A stretch of DNA of 61,488 nucleotides, filler included, from Platydemus manokwari (Eukaryota): NCBI GenBank assembly GCA_037951405.1. It is 6 parts of 6 records of this genome, joined end to end, with 100 filler letters (N's around TTAATTAATTAA, not from the genome) between each part and the next. Parts side by side here need not be neighbours in the genome. Positions count along the whole stretch, not along the records: positions 10,522 to 22,912 come from JBBMOY010161121.1; positions 23,013 to 32,863 come from JBBMOY011197099.1; 4 more parts are not named here. One strand, written 5' to 3'. The notes beneath the pieces are model-generated. The model saw only the letters and a list, made by a program, of their open reading frames with translations, was not told the origin of the DNA and ran no database searches. Shown here piece by piece: positions 11,606-24,760 of this stretch (positions are counted from its first letter, which is position 1; every line of letters begins with the position of its first letter). Both the position numbers and the translations under genes were made by a program.

Positions 11606-14144
11606 AACGAAAAAACTAGCTGGTCTGTATGTATTGTCTACAGGTGGATCCATACCGGGACATTCGACAGGTTTGTTATTTTTAATTTACTTTATATGAA
11701 TTTATTAATTAACCATTAATATATTTCTTTTGATTTAACCTCTCATATCGTTAGTTTTTATGGAAGCTGCATGTAGTTATACAGGAAAAGTGCGTATTCA
11801 TCCATTCGCTTTTCGAGTACACACTCACAAATTAGGTAGGCGTTATGAAAAATTCCTTTATTTTAAGAAGGGAATGAAATTATTTATTGATAACAGGCAA
11901 ACTCGTATCAGGCTATATTATACACAATAAAAAATGGAAAGAAATTGGGAAGAAATCACCACAAATTGAGCAGGTATGAAAAATAATGAATTCAAATTAT
12001 TGATTTAGATTTTTGTTGTTTGTGACAATCTAACAGTCTTATTTATGCATAATTTTATTTTAGATAAAAATACATTTTTAAATTATATATCTATAAAACC
12101 TCTCAAAACTGCCAAGTCGGATGCACTTCGATTCTTTTTCTGTTTATATTCAGTATTCGCTGAAAATAACTAATTTTTCCCCAGCGTAGCTTAATTTTTG
12201 AGTTTAAACCCATTGCAAGTTATATTTGTTATTTTATTTCAATTATAAAATTTTTAGATCAATTGAATAATCTCCATCCCAACATTAATACAAAAATTAA
12301 TCAATATAAGTCAAATATTAACCAAAAATTCTCTTCGACACCCACGCATATTCTTTATTTGAGCCTTGTGCGTGTTCCAATAAGAATCAACATGCTGTGT
12401 ATGAAGTCCGTTTATTGGATTAACAAAGTTCTCAGAACAATTAACTGTTCTGTGACTAAATTTAAGACTTTGCAAATTCCTGGATGATCTCCATTGTGGT
12501 TTTTTTTAATAAGCTGTTAACGGGTACAGTATCTTCACATAAAAGAGGAAGAAGTACATATTGAAAAGTATTTCGATCCATGCCTAAAAATTAAAGAGTA
12601 TTTAAAATTAATTAAATTAAAACAAAGAAGATATAATATAAGCAGATGTTTAAAAGACAATAAATTTATTAAATATGTGCATTTGAAGAATCTCCACTTC
12701 AACTTGAAGCAATTGAAAAATCTCCCCACTGAGACTTGTTCAGGAGGCAGATTCTTCAGCTGATCTAAATTTATTAGGCTATATTTATACGATTCCATAA
12801 AAATTAATAATATTTTGAAAATTTATAATATATTTATTCAAATTCATGGTGCTTATATTTGCCATGTATTGGAATATTAACGCGTTCTTTTGAAATCTTT
12901 CATAAAATTCTACAATTTCTCAAACTATTTCATAGAAATATAGATTTCTGAGATTATTCAGTTCATTTTCTCTTGTTATATAAGGAATAGTAAGATATCA
13001 TCCGTTTATAGTTGATGAAACATTCGATAATTATTAAATATTGGTTAGGAATTTCTGTTTTCAACTAGATTTGTACAAATACATAATTATTTTTAAAAAA
13101 TAAATGAAAATTTTATTTCGCAAACACACTAGAAAAATAATAATAATAATAATAATAATGATAATAATAATAATATTAAATCAATATTGATGTTTAAAGC
13201 AATAATTAATAAAATTCGGAAATTGATACATTGTTTCGTGACTGTAAAACTAAATGAAATAAATTGTTGGAATTTATGATTGATTTATTTGATGCATTTA
13301 TAATTTTATAAATAATCATTTCGAAATTTAATAAAATATCGTTTCAGTAAATTATAAAAGGAATAATTTTGATGAACATTTTTGAACACTTTCGAATCTT
13401 TTAAAATGTATTATTTTAGTTATTTTATCCAATGGAGAGAGAGCTCATCATACAACCCGGAGATACATTGGTGATTTAGAATTTTTTATTTTAATATGAC
13501 ATTGTTCGATTATTATTTTATAGGCAGCACGTTGTATTATGGAGAATAAAAATGATAATTTAGTAAAAATTGGGTAAATAGATAATAATAATTATTATTT
13601 ATTATTTAATGTAATAAAATAATCTCTAGACCCACACGAAAAGACGAAATGTGTAATTTTTACATTTATTATTGGGTATATAAAGAGGAAAACGATCAAA
13701 TCTATGATAAAGATAATCAATTTTGTTACACTCCCGGTTGGCCAAATTTCAAATGGAATGATTTTATGGGCTCATTGAGTTAGTAATTTTTAATGTATTT
13801 TCAATTAAGAAAAATTCGAAAATTTTCTAATTATTATTTTTTTGTTGATATGGTAACGTGATCTGATGTATTTCATTAATAATTGAGCAGAAAATTTCCT
13901 AATTAAATCATATTATGTGATTTTAGAAATTCCAGATGCTGCTGCAATAATGCCAGGAGAAAATAAGATCATAAAAGAAATGATTTCTGATATGAAAAAT
14001 ACTGAAAAAGAAATGGATTCATTATTTTCCAAGTTTTGGGATGACAATTATAACGATTACTATGGTGATGATTTATCAAATGAAAATGCTTTACTACAGG
14101 ATTCAAATATTGGAAATTTTCAAGATGAAGATGAATTTTTTTAA
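11606..14144 (+). CDS. phm: Peptidylglycine alpha-hydroxylating monooxygenase (monofunctional PHM), 3' half; 5' exons not identified in this segment
   Basis: Phase-consistent GT-AG exons: 11606-11670, 11755-11835, 11897-11973, 13420-13470, 13524-13573, 13630-13778, 13927-14144 (possible micro-exon 11419-11437). Spliced translation LAGLYVLSTGGSIPGHST-VFMEAAC..IHPFAFRVHTHKLGKLVSGY..GKKSPQ..FYP..PGDTLAARC..IGPTRKDEMCNFY contains the CuM ligands H-T-H and the Met of EMC. Confidence 0.93.
12270..12570 (-). mobile_element. Merlin / IS1595(ISXO2)-family DDE transposase remnant in a PHM intron
   Basis: Minus-strand TVNCSENFVNPINGLHTQHVDSYWNTHKAQIKNMRGCRREFL resembles the ISXO2/Merlin C-terminal motif VNHSxxFVxxxxGxHTQxIExxW..K. 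Confidence 0.7.
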
Positions 14145-16552
14145 TCGATTCCCATTGAATTCATTATTAATCCATTTATAGTGCTTTGTGGAACTATTTT
14201 CGTGATTCATTTCAATCATTTTGGTGCATTATTGTTTGGAAATTTGTTTGTATTTTATTGGTGACTTGTTATTAAACGACAATATGTAATACATCATTTA
14301 GTGTTTGCTTATTTATTTATGAGTTTATCCTAATCCATTCCATTCAAATATTTTTCGCTTATTTCGATTTGATTCCATTAGAAATCAAAAATATTACTTG
14401 ATTTAATGAAATATTTTTCAAACTTTTATAAATGGAATTACTTAACTTCGTATTTGCAGACATTAAAAATATATTTATAAATACTTTTGTACTCACTTAA
14501 TATCATCTCAACATTTCCAGGACAAATAGTGATGTGAATCGAGTTAAGTCAAAAATTAGTTATAAACTGATAATCAATGAGAGGATAAAATAAAATATTT
14601 CGTTAATGAATGAGAGCGTTTTTAATCAATAATTATTTAAACCACTGGGATTTGGATAATAAACAATTAAAAAAATAACAGCTTGAACATTTTATTATGT
14701 TTATAACAGCAGATTATCAATTATTAAATTGTATCGATGTGTTTAGAGATGTCGTGCTGTGTTTTATGACAAGATTATGACAATAATTAGTTACAAGATT
14801 AGATGAATGGTTAGACAATGAATTTGTTGACGATTATTAGTGAAAAAACGAATTCCAATGCATAATTGTAATAGCTGTCCAGAAATAAAATTATAGTTTC
14901 GATTATAAATGCACATTTGTAAAATTGAAGGCTCTTGTCAGAATGAGGAATGCCTGACTCCAAAATATATATCAGCAAGAGGAAGCCCAATTAAGAAAAG
15001 GTTGTATCTACATCAAAACTATCCAAGGTTAATAATTTTTCGAATTTTTGCATATTTTTAATCATTTTTTTTACTGATTATTTTTAGATTAAACTCGTTG
15101 GGATTTCACAGATGCAGACAAGTATGGAAAGATGTTTATTTTTGAAAAGAAATTTAATCTGACAATATTAATTTGAATTGATGTGCAAATGTATTGAATC
15201 AATTAATAATAACAATAGTGATAATAATAATAATAATAATGTAGAATAATAAAATAATGTAGAATAATAAGGAAGTCTATTATCTTTAGTGTTAGCATTT
15301 TTAATAGAAGCAAATTGATTACTGCTAATTCCAGAGATATTTTGGGATATTTGTTACTTTCGGCCACTATAATTTTATTAATATCAATTTTATTCCTACT
15401 TGATATCATTATTGTTTTAATCAGTCTCAATGAGTTCTTGAATAAAGCTACAGGTGTAATGAACCTTTTTGTTATTTTATTCTTCACCTCTTACGACTAT
15501 ACCTTATGAAAAATAGTGATGATCAATAGTGATGAATATTAACAATCAGTCTCAGTTTCTCTTGATTGCTAAACTCTCTGACACCAATTTTAATGATAAT
15601 CTATGATTCCCGTTTAATCAAAAATCAAAGCAGATTATTACTAAATAACAACGAAACAAATTGACTACTAAATGAAATAATAAAATAAAAATTACAAGCC
15701 GATTTTATTGTCACAATATATACTGAATATTATGACGACCATAACAATTTTTGAATAAAGCTCGCGGTTAATAAACTTCACATTATTGGAGCAAAACCGA
15801 TTACCTTTCGATTGCTTGAGGCAAAGCTCGATAATTTGAGATAAAACAGCGTATAGTATTGATCAGCAGCTTATACAAATGTATTTAACTGATAGGTCTT
15901 CCAGTAAAAATGCTGGGAATATCTGGAATTTTGATCTCCGACACAGAATGAAGTGTTTAATTACAAATAATGTCCAACTACATATAAGAAAATTGTGCCT
16001 ACAATAACTGCGAATGGTGCCTTATTAGGCTGGGGTGTGTCACTAGTAGAAATTCTTTACTATATCTGTTTAATGTCATGAATTTTTGTTTTCGTTTGGA
16101 ATTTATTTTCGTGGAAAAAAATTCTCTGCGATTAAATTAATTATAGCAGAAAGAAATTCTCTGCTGTTATATTCAATAAGCCAAATATTTTATTCACTTA
16201 TAATATTTTTTGTGCACGATAATAAGTGAAAATTTATTTCCTGATCCTATCGCACGATAATATATTTTGAGTTATCTCTTACATTATTTTATGGATAAAT
16301 TTGTGGTATACGAAATTTTAATAGGTTTTTCTTTAATGGAATTATTTAGATATTGTTAATTATATTATTTTGATAATTAAATATTTATATATGATAGTTA
16401 TTATAAATATCTAATATGCCACTTAATAAATATCATTTTAATAAACTGTATTTACTAATGCTTTCTAGTATTTTTCGCATAATAATAAATATCGGTCAAA
16501 TTTAAGATAAAAATATAATAAATAATTACAATACTAAAAGTTTCGAGTAGAT

Positions 16553-16716
16553 TGAGAGATATTTTAAATGAATTAAATTTTTAATTCAAATTTAATTATA
16601 ATTTAATATAAAATCATATTTATATAAAATTAAATTTATTTGTTTAAATATTTATATTTTTGGTGTCTTGACTTTTCAGTTCGTTTTCAATGTGTGGTTT
16701 TTAAAATAGTAGCGGC
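16553..16716 (+). mobile_element. TRIM-like short LTR copy with PBS-like tail
   Basis: TGAGAGATATTTT...TTTGGTGTCTTGACTTTTCAGTTCGTTTTC...AAATAGTAGCGGC, shared with copies near 37674, 41240, 57281 and 60736. Confidence 0.55.
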
Positions 16717-17669
16717 CAACACAGCTTACTAAAAAATTTTACATGCACATATTTGTCATTTTTGACACCTGACAATGTCAAAACCCCAACATAATAAAAA
16801 ATTAACCCTTTAAAATAAAATTCATTACTGAAATAAATTTCTATTAAAATTCTAGTAGCAGCAGAAATACCAGCCGAATAAATAAAATCTTTCGTATGTA
16901 AATAATCATGCCGATAAAAAAATTTCCTTACACTATTCAAATGCATAAAAATAGCTCACAATAAAAACAATGATCTGAGAAATTATTTCTCGGCAATGGA
17001 TGAATCACAGTGTCAAATAAACACATACAGACAATGGCAGTGGTCTATTACAAGGAGACCACTAACACAGAGAAGACAGTTCAAATAAAAAAATATTCTG
17101 TGTATTCGAGAGAAGATATCTTTACCAGAAATTGGTAGAGAGGTTGTATGCCCAATTTATACTGGAATTTCCGATACAGTAAGAATTAGTTTCTTACTAG
17201 GACAAATTTTAGAAACGATCAAGCTACAATAATAGCGATGAGCAATTGCATCGATTTCTTCTTCTGGAATTGCTGATGGAAAATCAAGTGTTGCTCAAAA
17301 GTGTATCTGTGTAACTATTGCTATTTTATTGATGTTGTTTTTATTACCAATATATTTTTAGTTATTCAACCTCGACTTCTTATTTGTAGTAATTGATAAA
17401 AGTAGTCATTGTAGTAATTTTTCATTTCATTCCTGTTATACACTAGTAATAATTGAATATCATTTCATTTTGAGTAGTACAAATAAACCAGTAGAGGCAT
17501 ATTTACTCAGAATGAATTAGATATTCAATGTGAACATAAATCATTGCTACTATTGCTACTCTCATTGTCTTTAAACTGTATATCAGGTGTGAAGCGAAAC
17601 AAAAGCCATTAACAAACTTAGTACACCTGTGAGTCTGATTAAACAGATAGCATTATCTAACAAACTAAA

Positions 17670-18341
17670 ATTTATTTAAGCATAAACATAAGTGTCTTCA
17701 CGACGCGGTGGCACAAGGATTAACGCCGTCTTATAATAATAATAAATTTTTCTTTGATTGGTTCAAATCTTCATCTTCTTCGAGGTTTTTTGATATAGAT
17801 TTGATTAATTTCTTATTAACATTTCTTAGTCGACGTTGGTTTTCAAAGATTTGTTATTTATCGAAAAGCTAGCGTCCATTACAGGTTTTTTATTTTTCTT
17901 AAATCGGTATGAACTTCGTACGTTGAGAAGGCATCCCTCAGTGAAGCGGTTATGAAGAAGTCGTATATTAATGTGATCTGTCCAGGCCGATTAATGACAG
18001 GATTTTGTTATTATTCGAGTCTCAAAGACTTCAATGCAGATTATGTCCAGACTGGTATCGTATCGAGTTTTCTTTCCGATTTCAGTCACCATATTCCGAT
18101 ATTTTTCATAATTCAAATGTCGATGCCTTTCAAAGTTGTCGAATTTGTTGAAAGGTAATTTCAGGTCCAGGATAAGAGCTTGGCGCTTAATCTTGTTACT
18201 AATAATAAGATCTAGTCTGATTTTGGTACTGGATTCTGGTGCAGTGATGTCGATATTGGTGTCGTAGCCCAGTGCTTGTAGACAATGCCCAAGACGGTCG
18301 AATAAGGTGGTATGTCTTTTGGGATTCATTTTGGATTTCAT
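17670..18341 (-). mobile_element. 5'-truncated non-LTR retrotransposon 3' end with restriction-like endonuclease (R2/NeSL/R4-type REL)
   Basis: ORF 17991-18341 has RH, RLDL (degenerate RPD), ILDLKLPF (DxK) and EKY, the REL PD-(D/E)xK motif order. It is followed by a 3'UTR-like stretch with (TTA)n and AATAAA. Confidence 0.75.
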
Positions 18342-21300
18342 TGCATAGCAAAAATAATAAAAACCAAACGCAACAAAACTAAAACTGTAAATCTTTGTAT
18401 AGGTCTTTATTGCAAATAGTAATTACAGATTTTGTCATACTGACTAAATTACTTTATTAGAACCATGAATTTGGATTACACAGCTCAAACTCATTTTTAT
18501 TTGTCAAAATAAAACTTAAATGTAAAGCAATGTTTTCGCAATGAGAAGGCAGTTCTTAATTCATATTTAGAAAATTTTGAATTTGTCAGATTTTTGCGTG
18601 CTCTTTAAAAGTACCTTTTGGATTTTGGTAATTGTGAAAATGTTGTCCTATTGCTGAGATTCTTGACAAAATGTATTTCGGAGCTGAATTACATTTGATC
18701 AATAGAATGAATACGCGTAAATATTTATTCAACTCTCTATATTCTTCACTCTCAATAAAACGAATAGAAGCCTTTCTATTCACCAATGTCGTTTATAGGA
18801 ATTAGACTCCTCAAAGGCTTTCGTTGATATCCTGAGATGGCTTCAAAGAATTCCATAAATTCTTAGGAAATATGAACTATTTTGATGAAAATTTTATCAT
18901 TAGCTAATGGGTTCCTATTTTCGTTTAATTAAATAGCTCATTTTCATCAATTCTTGAATAAAATTTACTTTTCATCACAAATCAATAAATGATTTGATGT
19001 TATTCAGTATCAAAAGAGAAAAAGATTTATAAAATTTATTTTTTTTTTCTGAATTTTATTTTTCCCTGAAAATACAATGAAACATTACTCTTTTCCAATG
19101 TAATGATTCCTTTGAGTTTTGTATCTAGTTTTGTAAAAAGCCACCGTGTAAAAATTAACTGTATATAAATGCCAATAACCGGATGGAAATGAAAAAGGAA
19201 TTCTGGGGTAGATGCGTTACAAAGCTCTACGAATAAGACCACCCAAGCTGTGAATATAAAATATTAACTGTTTTTTATGTAAAGCTTATTTAATTTTTTA
19301 TCTGAGTTTAATTTAATCCAAAGTCTTTTTGAATAGCTTTATTGTTTTTCTCAAATACTTTATGTTGTACACTTTGATAAAATATTAATGAAAAAATATT
19401 TTTATGAAAGAAATAATCTATTTTATATATGTATAATTCACAGTTCAATCTAGAAATTAAATAAATCAGTGGTAAAAATCAGATAAATAAATAATTGTAA
19501 AATTAAAGAAGTATAAAATAATTTTTAAACGAATATTATCACAATTTGTATCACAATTTTAAATCTGTGAAAAAAACAGCAATTGTTTACCAAGTAGCTA
19601 AAAATGATATTAGAAAGAGAAATGATCAAAATTAAATTAACAACTTTTCATTTTAATCTAAGATTAAACCAGCAATTTAACTATTCGGAGATGATTAAAT
19701 AAAAAGATCATTTTTAGGTAATAAAAAATAAATATTATTGAAAATCTAGATAACAATAGATTGCTGCTAAAACCAAATGGAGGTGACGAATATTGTTATT
19801 AATAAAAGGTTAATTGAATTAGTTATTGTTTTAAAATAAAAATTACGATAATGCAATGAAATGTAAATTAAAAGTTTACTCATTCCCGAAACATGCCTGA
19901 ATCTCCAGCTCCTGTACACATAAGTATTTTTTATTGGGCGAATGCTGTCAACTGAACTATTCTTGTATACTATCTTTAACAGATGTTATGGCTTATCATG
20001 TCTCCTTTTATCTTTGATTTTTTATTTATTGTGTAGTAACTATTTTTATTTGTTCATAAATTGCACAACATTTTCTTTTTTTACCATTTTAATGTCTTGT
20101 TACTAGTTTTATTTGGTCATAAATCTGATAAAAAATTATTTCATTCTTTTCATTTATTTGCTATTTTATTATTATTCTATTCTATATAATTATTTTTATT
20201 AATTCGATCATTTATTTTATAATTAGTTATTTTTTTAATTTAATTTTAATATTTATCAATATTTTAATTATCTTTATTCAATCTTTGTCGACTCTTTGAG
20301 ATAATAAAATTTTCAATTTAAAAAATTATACTCATCAATAACTTATAAGGTCATTTTCAAGATAACTATTTACAAAATATAATCACATCACATCATTCAC
20401 AAGCAAAACAAATGCTCTAAACAGTTCAATAAATATCAATTTGAGTTTAATGGCTATTGGAAATGTATTCAATTTGTTTGAGTTTAACGTTAGGAATTAG
20501 ATTTTGGCTGATATCACATATTTTGGGTTTGAAATCAGATTGGAATCGAATATTGCATATTTGTTTGGATATCATAGTAAATGTTGAGTTGGTTATGGAT
20601 CATTTATGAGGATTGGGTGTGTCTCTCAAAAAAAGTTCTAATCTATATTTAAGACGTTATATTTATTATTACCGAGCTTTACCTCAAAAATCTCAATGAT
20701 GATTGGTTTTGGAATTTATTAACCGTGTGTTTGATTCGAAAATTGTAGTTGTATATAGTAGTATTAAAACTCAAGTGTAATTTTTATTGTTTTATTTAAT
20801 TGTCAATTTGTATTGGTGTTAATTTAACGATTAAATTTTATTATGAAAAATGTTGGCTATTTATGGAATAAGAATCACAAATTATGCCATTGGTAAAACT
20901 CCCATTGATAGTGATGTCAATGTTCCCTGTAAGGTGCGCACAGTTGTAAAATGTCTGCGCACACAAAGGGAAGATGTCAGTGCACAAAAGTTTCTCATTG
21001 AGAACAAAGTACTGGCTCAATGGTTAAATATCGGTTCTGAGAACGGGATTTTTATTTCTTCGGCAACGAAAAAAAATTATTGAAGTAAGGTTTTATGATT
21101 GCTGAAAACAAAGGCTACTTAAATCCGTGATATGGTGTGGTAAACTACCACTTCGTCGTGCAATTGTAGGCAAAAATTTAAGCACATGGTACCAAGGCTA
21201 TTTACTTAAAGTTGTGGATTTATCGAAAGGTTGAATAATGACTTGCAAAACACTATTAAGACTTATAAAAGACTAGTTTTATAAAAGTAGTGCAATATTA

Positions 21301-21553
21301 ACTCCTGGATTTTGTATTTATATCAAAAAAATCATTGGGGCATGAAAATTTAAAAATCGTAACAGCTAAGTTCATTAAACAATGAAGATTTTGTTTTCAG
21401 TGTTCTTTCAGGAAGAATATTGGAGATTTAAAGATTATCTATATTTAGAGATTTGTTAGAAAAGTGCCTCAAACACCCCAAAGGACTTCAAATAACAACG
21501 AGAGAATAGAGTGAGATGAAGAGGGAAACTGGGATGGAGTGGTTTATCTAGAG

Positions 21554-21789
21554 CAGGGGTCTCCAAACCTTTTCAGTAAAGGGCCACATTGCTGATTTTT
21601 TAAATTTTGGAGGGCCAAAACTATGATAGGTTTACAAAAAACTCAAATTAGCCAAAATATTTTTTATTAATTATCCTGAAACATCATTAAAAATACCGCA
21701 ATTATCATAAATATGTGTAACACTTAATTTTGTCATAATGTTCGTGTGTTTCATAGTAAGCTTGGCGGGCCGTACTTTGGAGACTCCTG
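21554..21789. mobile_element. hAT (Charlie-type) MITE, 236 bp
   Basis: TIRs CAGGGGTCTCCAAA and TTTGGAGACTCCTG; perfect 8-bp TSD ATCTAGAG at 21546-21553 and 21790-21797. Confidence 0.95.
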
Positions 21790-22912
21790 ATCTAGAGGAT
21801 AAGCTCAAGGAGGTCTGCCGGAGAGAACTACAGGACAAAGTCAAAACAGAGCCGGTAATACCAGATGACGAAAGACTCGAAATAAAAATATTTACATTTT
21901 GTGATTTGATTTATTTTGTCTATAATCTTTGTCTTGTTTTATTCTATTTCTCAAATCTTTCCTTGATTATAAATGTATATCGTATTTGATATATAATGTA
22001 TCTTATTAAAAATTACAATTTCAAATTAATGGAAATTTTTATTAAAAATAAACTTAAAAATAAAGTAACAATAAAATCGGACAACAAAAATAATAAATAG
22101 CGCGCTTAATATAATAATAACAGAAATAAAAATTAACTCATATAAAATTTGAAATTTGTTTTGGTGTGCTAATAATATATAGAAATTCCAAAATTAATTC
22201 TTTGGAATTTCTAAAAATGCCCAAAAATAGAATTAAATAAAAATTTATAGAATTAAATTTTTGAAAAAATAAAATAATTTTAATTTTAAAGTGGAGAAAT
22301 AAAAATATTTTTGATTTCTAAATCAGATTATACACTTCTAACATAGTATAAATAGGCATCAAAAATCATAAAATTTCGCTCATAAAAATCTTGACTGGAA
22401 AAAATAAAATCCTGAAGATAAGCCTGCGAAAAACTGCCTACGATATTATTTTCTAAAAAAAGAGTTAACCAATTGAGGAAGCTTCACAGGAAGAAATTGG
22501 AACATCTCTGGCAATTTTGTATTTTGCATAAACAAGGCGTAAATAGCAAGGTGTGAAGAGTAAAGAAATCGAGTTGAAATTTATATTTTAAAATCTATAA
22601 ACTTAAAATCCGTATTTACAAGGCAGTTTTGTCAAATTCGAATGGACCACTCCCAAACCATAATCTGCGAGAGTCAAAATTTATTAATTAAATTGTTGCG
22701 TTTAGGGGTCACTCTCTTTTATTCTTGTTTTAACTTTTACCCTTTTCTTTTATAATAATCGATTCTAAGACTTAATCAGTACTCTGAGTCCGTTTATGAC
22801 CCTCAGGTAGCAATAAAACCTTATATTGTTATTTGTTATTGTTCGCCTCGACGACCACGACTTATATGATGATAAGCGGATCGGCTTAGAAATCGATATT
22901 TTAATTTATTAA

Positions 22913-23012
22913 NNNNNNNNNNNNNNNNNNNNNNNNNNNNNNNNNNNNNNNNNNNNTTAATTAATTAANNNNNNNNNNNNNNNNNNNNNNNNNNNNNNNN
23001 NNNNNNNNNNNN
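22913..23012. other. Artificial contig spacer
   Basis: 44N-TTAATTAATTAA-44N. Confidence 0.97.
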
Positions 23013-23589
23013 TAAATAGTAATATATAAACTAATAGTATATTAATTCAAAGAAACATATTAATGAAAATAAACTGAAAATTCGAACTTGAAGTTTCAAA
23101 ATACTGGTGTTTACATCTACTATCAAAAATCTAAAAGATGAATCAGCCAAATTCTCTTAAATTCATTAAAATTTGTCCAATATTTATCAAAATCCATCAA
23201 AAACCATCAGTTTCTATCTAACAACCAATACCAAAAAATAATTCTTAAAAATGAACGTGTTTAAATACCGCGCTCAATATTAGAGAATTTCAATAAAAAG
23301 TATGTTGTGAATATATTTCAAAATATCCATAACTATCAGGATCTTTTATACTTTAATTTCAGGAGAAACTGACTTGTTCAAATAAGCTTTATCAATTTAA
23401 AAATAGTAAAAAATGGCGTTCATTTTTGATCGGAATAAAATTAAATTCAATAATCATTTAAAAAATCCAGAGTGTGAACTTGAAATATTAGAAAGAATAA
23501 AAGTAATAAACCAATTCGATTGAATTATTTGAAGAGACTTTCAAATTTAAATTATAATCTAGAGTCTCAAACTTTCACATGGCAAAGAG

Positions 23590-24760
23590 CTTTTAAGACC
23601 GAGATATATTATAATTGGTTTTAAATGTTCCAAAAATAACTTTACTTAATTCAAAATGACAAAAATGGATATGCCAAGAACGGAAGTAATTGGAGAATAC
23701 AACTGCCAATTGAAAGTCAGAATTTTTAATCTGCGGCTCTCCAATGCGCATCCCATTGCTCTCATTCATTACTGTTATTGATGCACCAAAATCACATGAC
23801 ATTTAAATATGTGTACCGTTGCACTCGATTTTACTCCAGTGTCTACAATGTGCTTTCTGATACATCTGTGAATGCTTCCTCTCCCTCTTGCTGTCTTACT
23901 TCTTTACTTCTATTTTATCTCTAGCACATATATCTCCTATTGACTCAACCAAACTGACAAGATAGGCACATGATGTTGATTCCAGTTTTTATGTCTTCCA
24001 TGGAAAATGAGCTAACATAATCACTTGCTTCACTTTCGGTTTGAATATCTGCCTCATCTTCTTCGTCATGGATGCATAATATTCTCCATAAAATTGTAAA
24101 TAGGCATAAGGCTAAATGACATTCTCTAAACGAATGTTCTTCTTTTTCGCATATCAAACATTTATTCCGTAGTGGACATTAAATACAGGTCTAAACATGC
24201 TTTATTTAAATAATGAATGTTTATAAATAGTTAGTGTTGCGGAGCACTTTTCTATATAACAATTTTTATGTATCATTTTTTGGTAATAAATTATGCGACA
24301 TAAGTTACGGATTTGGTTTTACAAACCTCTTTAATAATAATTATTTCTTTCCAATATTTAATTGTATATACTTTTTCAAATTTATTTTTATATTTGAAAA
24401 TTCTCACTCTATCTAGAACTTTTATTTTTGTTTTGGCATTTTAATTTTTATTAAATTATTTCATTCCACAATCTTTTCTTTATTTATTTCTGGATTTTTA
24501 CTAGCTTCTGCGGGAGTATCTTCTAAAATTTGAATGAATTATTATTATTTTACTTATTGCCAACACAAAATTTTTAAAAATTAACTTTTTATTCAAGATT
24601 CTTTATCAAACCATATTTTGGAATTATTTTGTCTCTCTCAAAGTAACTTTCGAAGGCTTCACTAAAGTTTCTTGTTTTTTATCTTTCAAAGAAATACATC
24701 AACAATATTTTGTATATAAATCAATTACAAGCAAACCTCAACTGTTTCGATGTCCACTTT
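23590..24760 (-). mobile_element. Decayed Gypsy-type gag-protease fragment
   Basis: Degenerate CCHC knuckle ICEKEEHSFREC (~24120-24155), then aspartic-protease-like CDFGASITVM..IGEPQIKNSDFQL (23710-23800); many stops. Confidence 0.6.

Noticed and set aside
14460-15170. Exon-like Cys-containing segments downstream of PHM (possible PAL or second gene)
   Set aside because: Multiple stops, no PAL/NHL motif, and no assignable homology.
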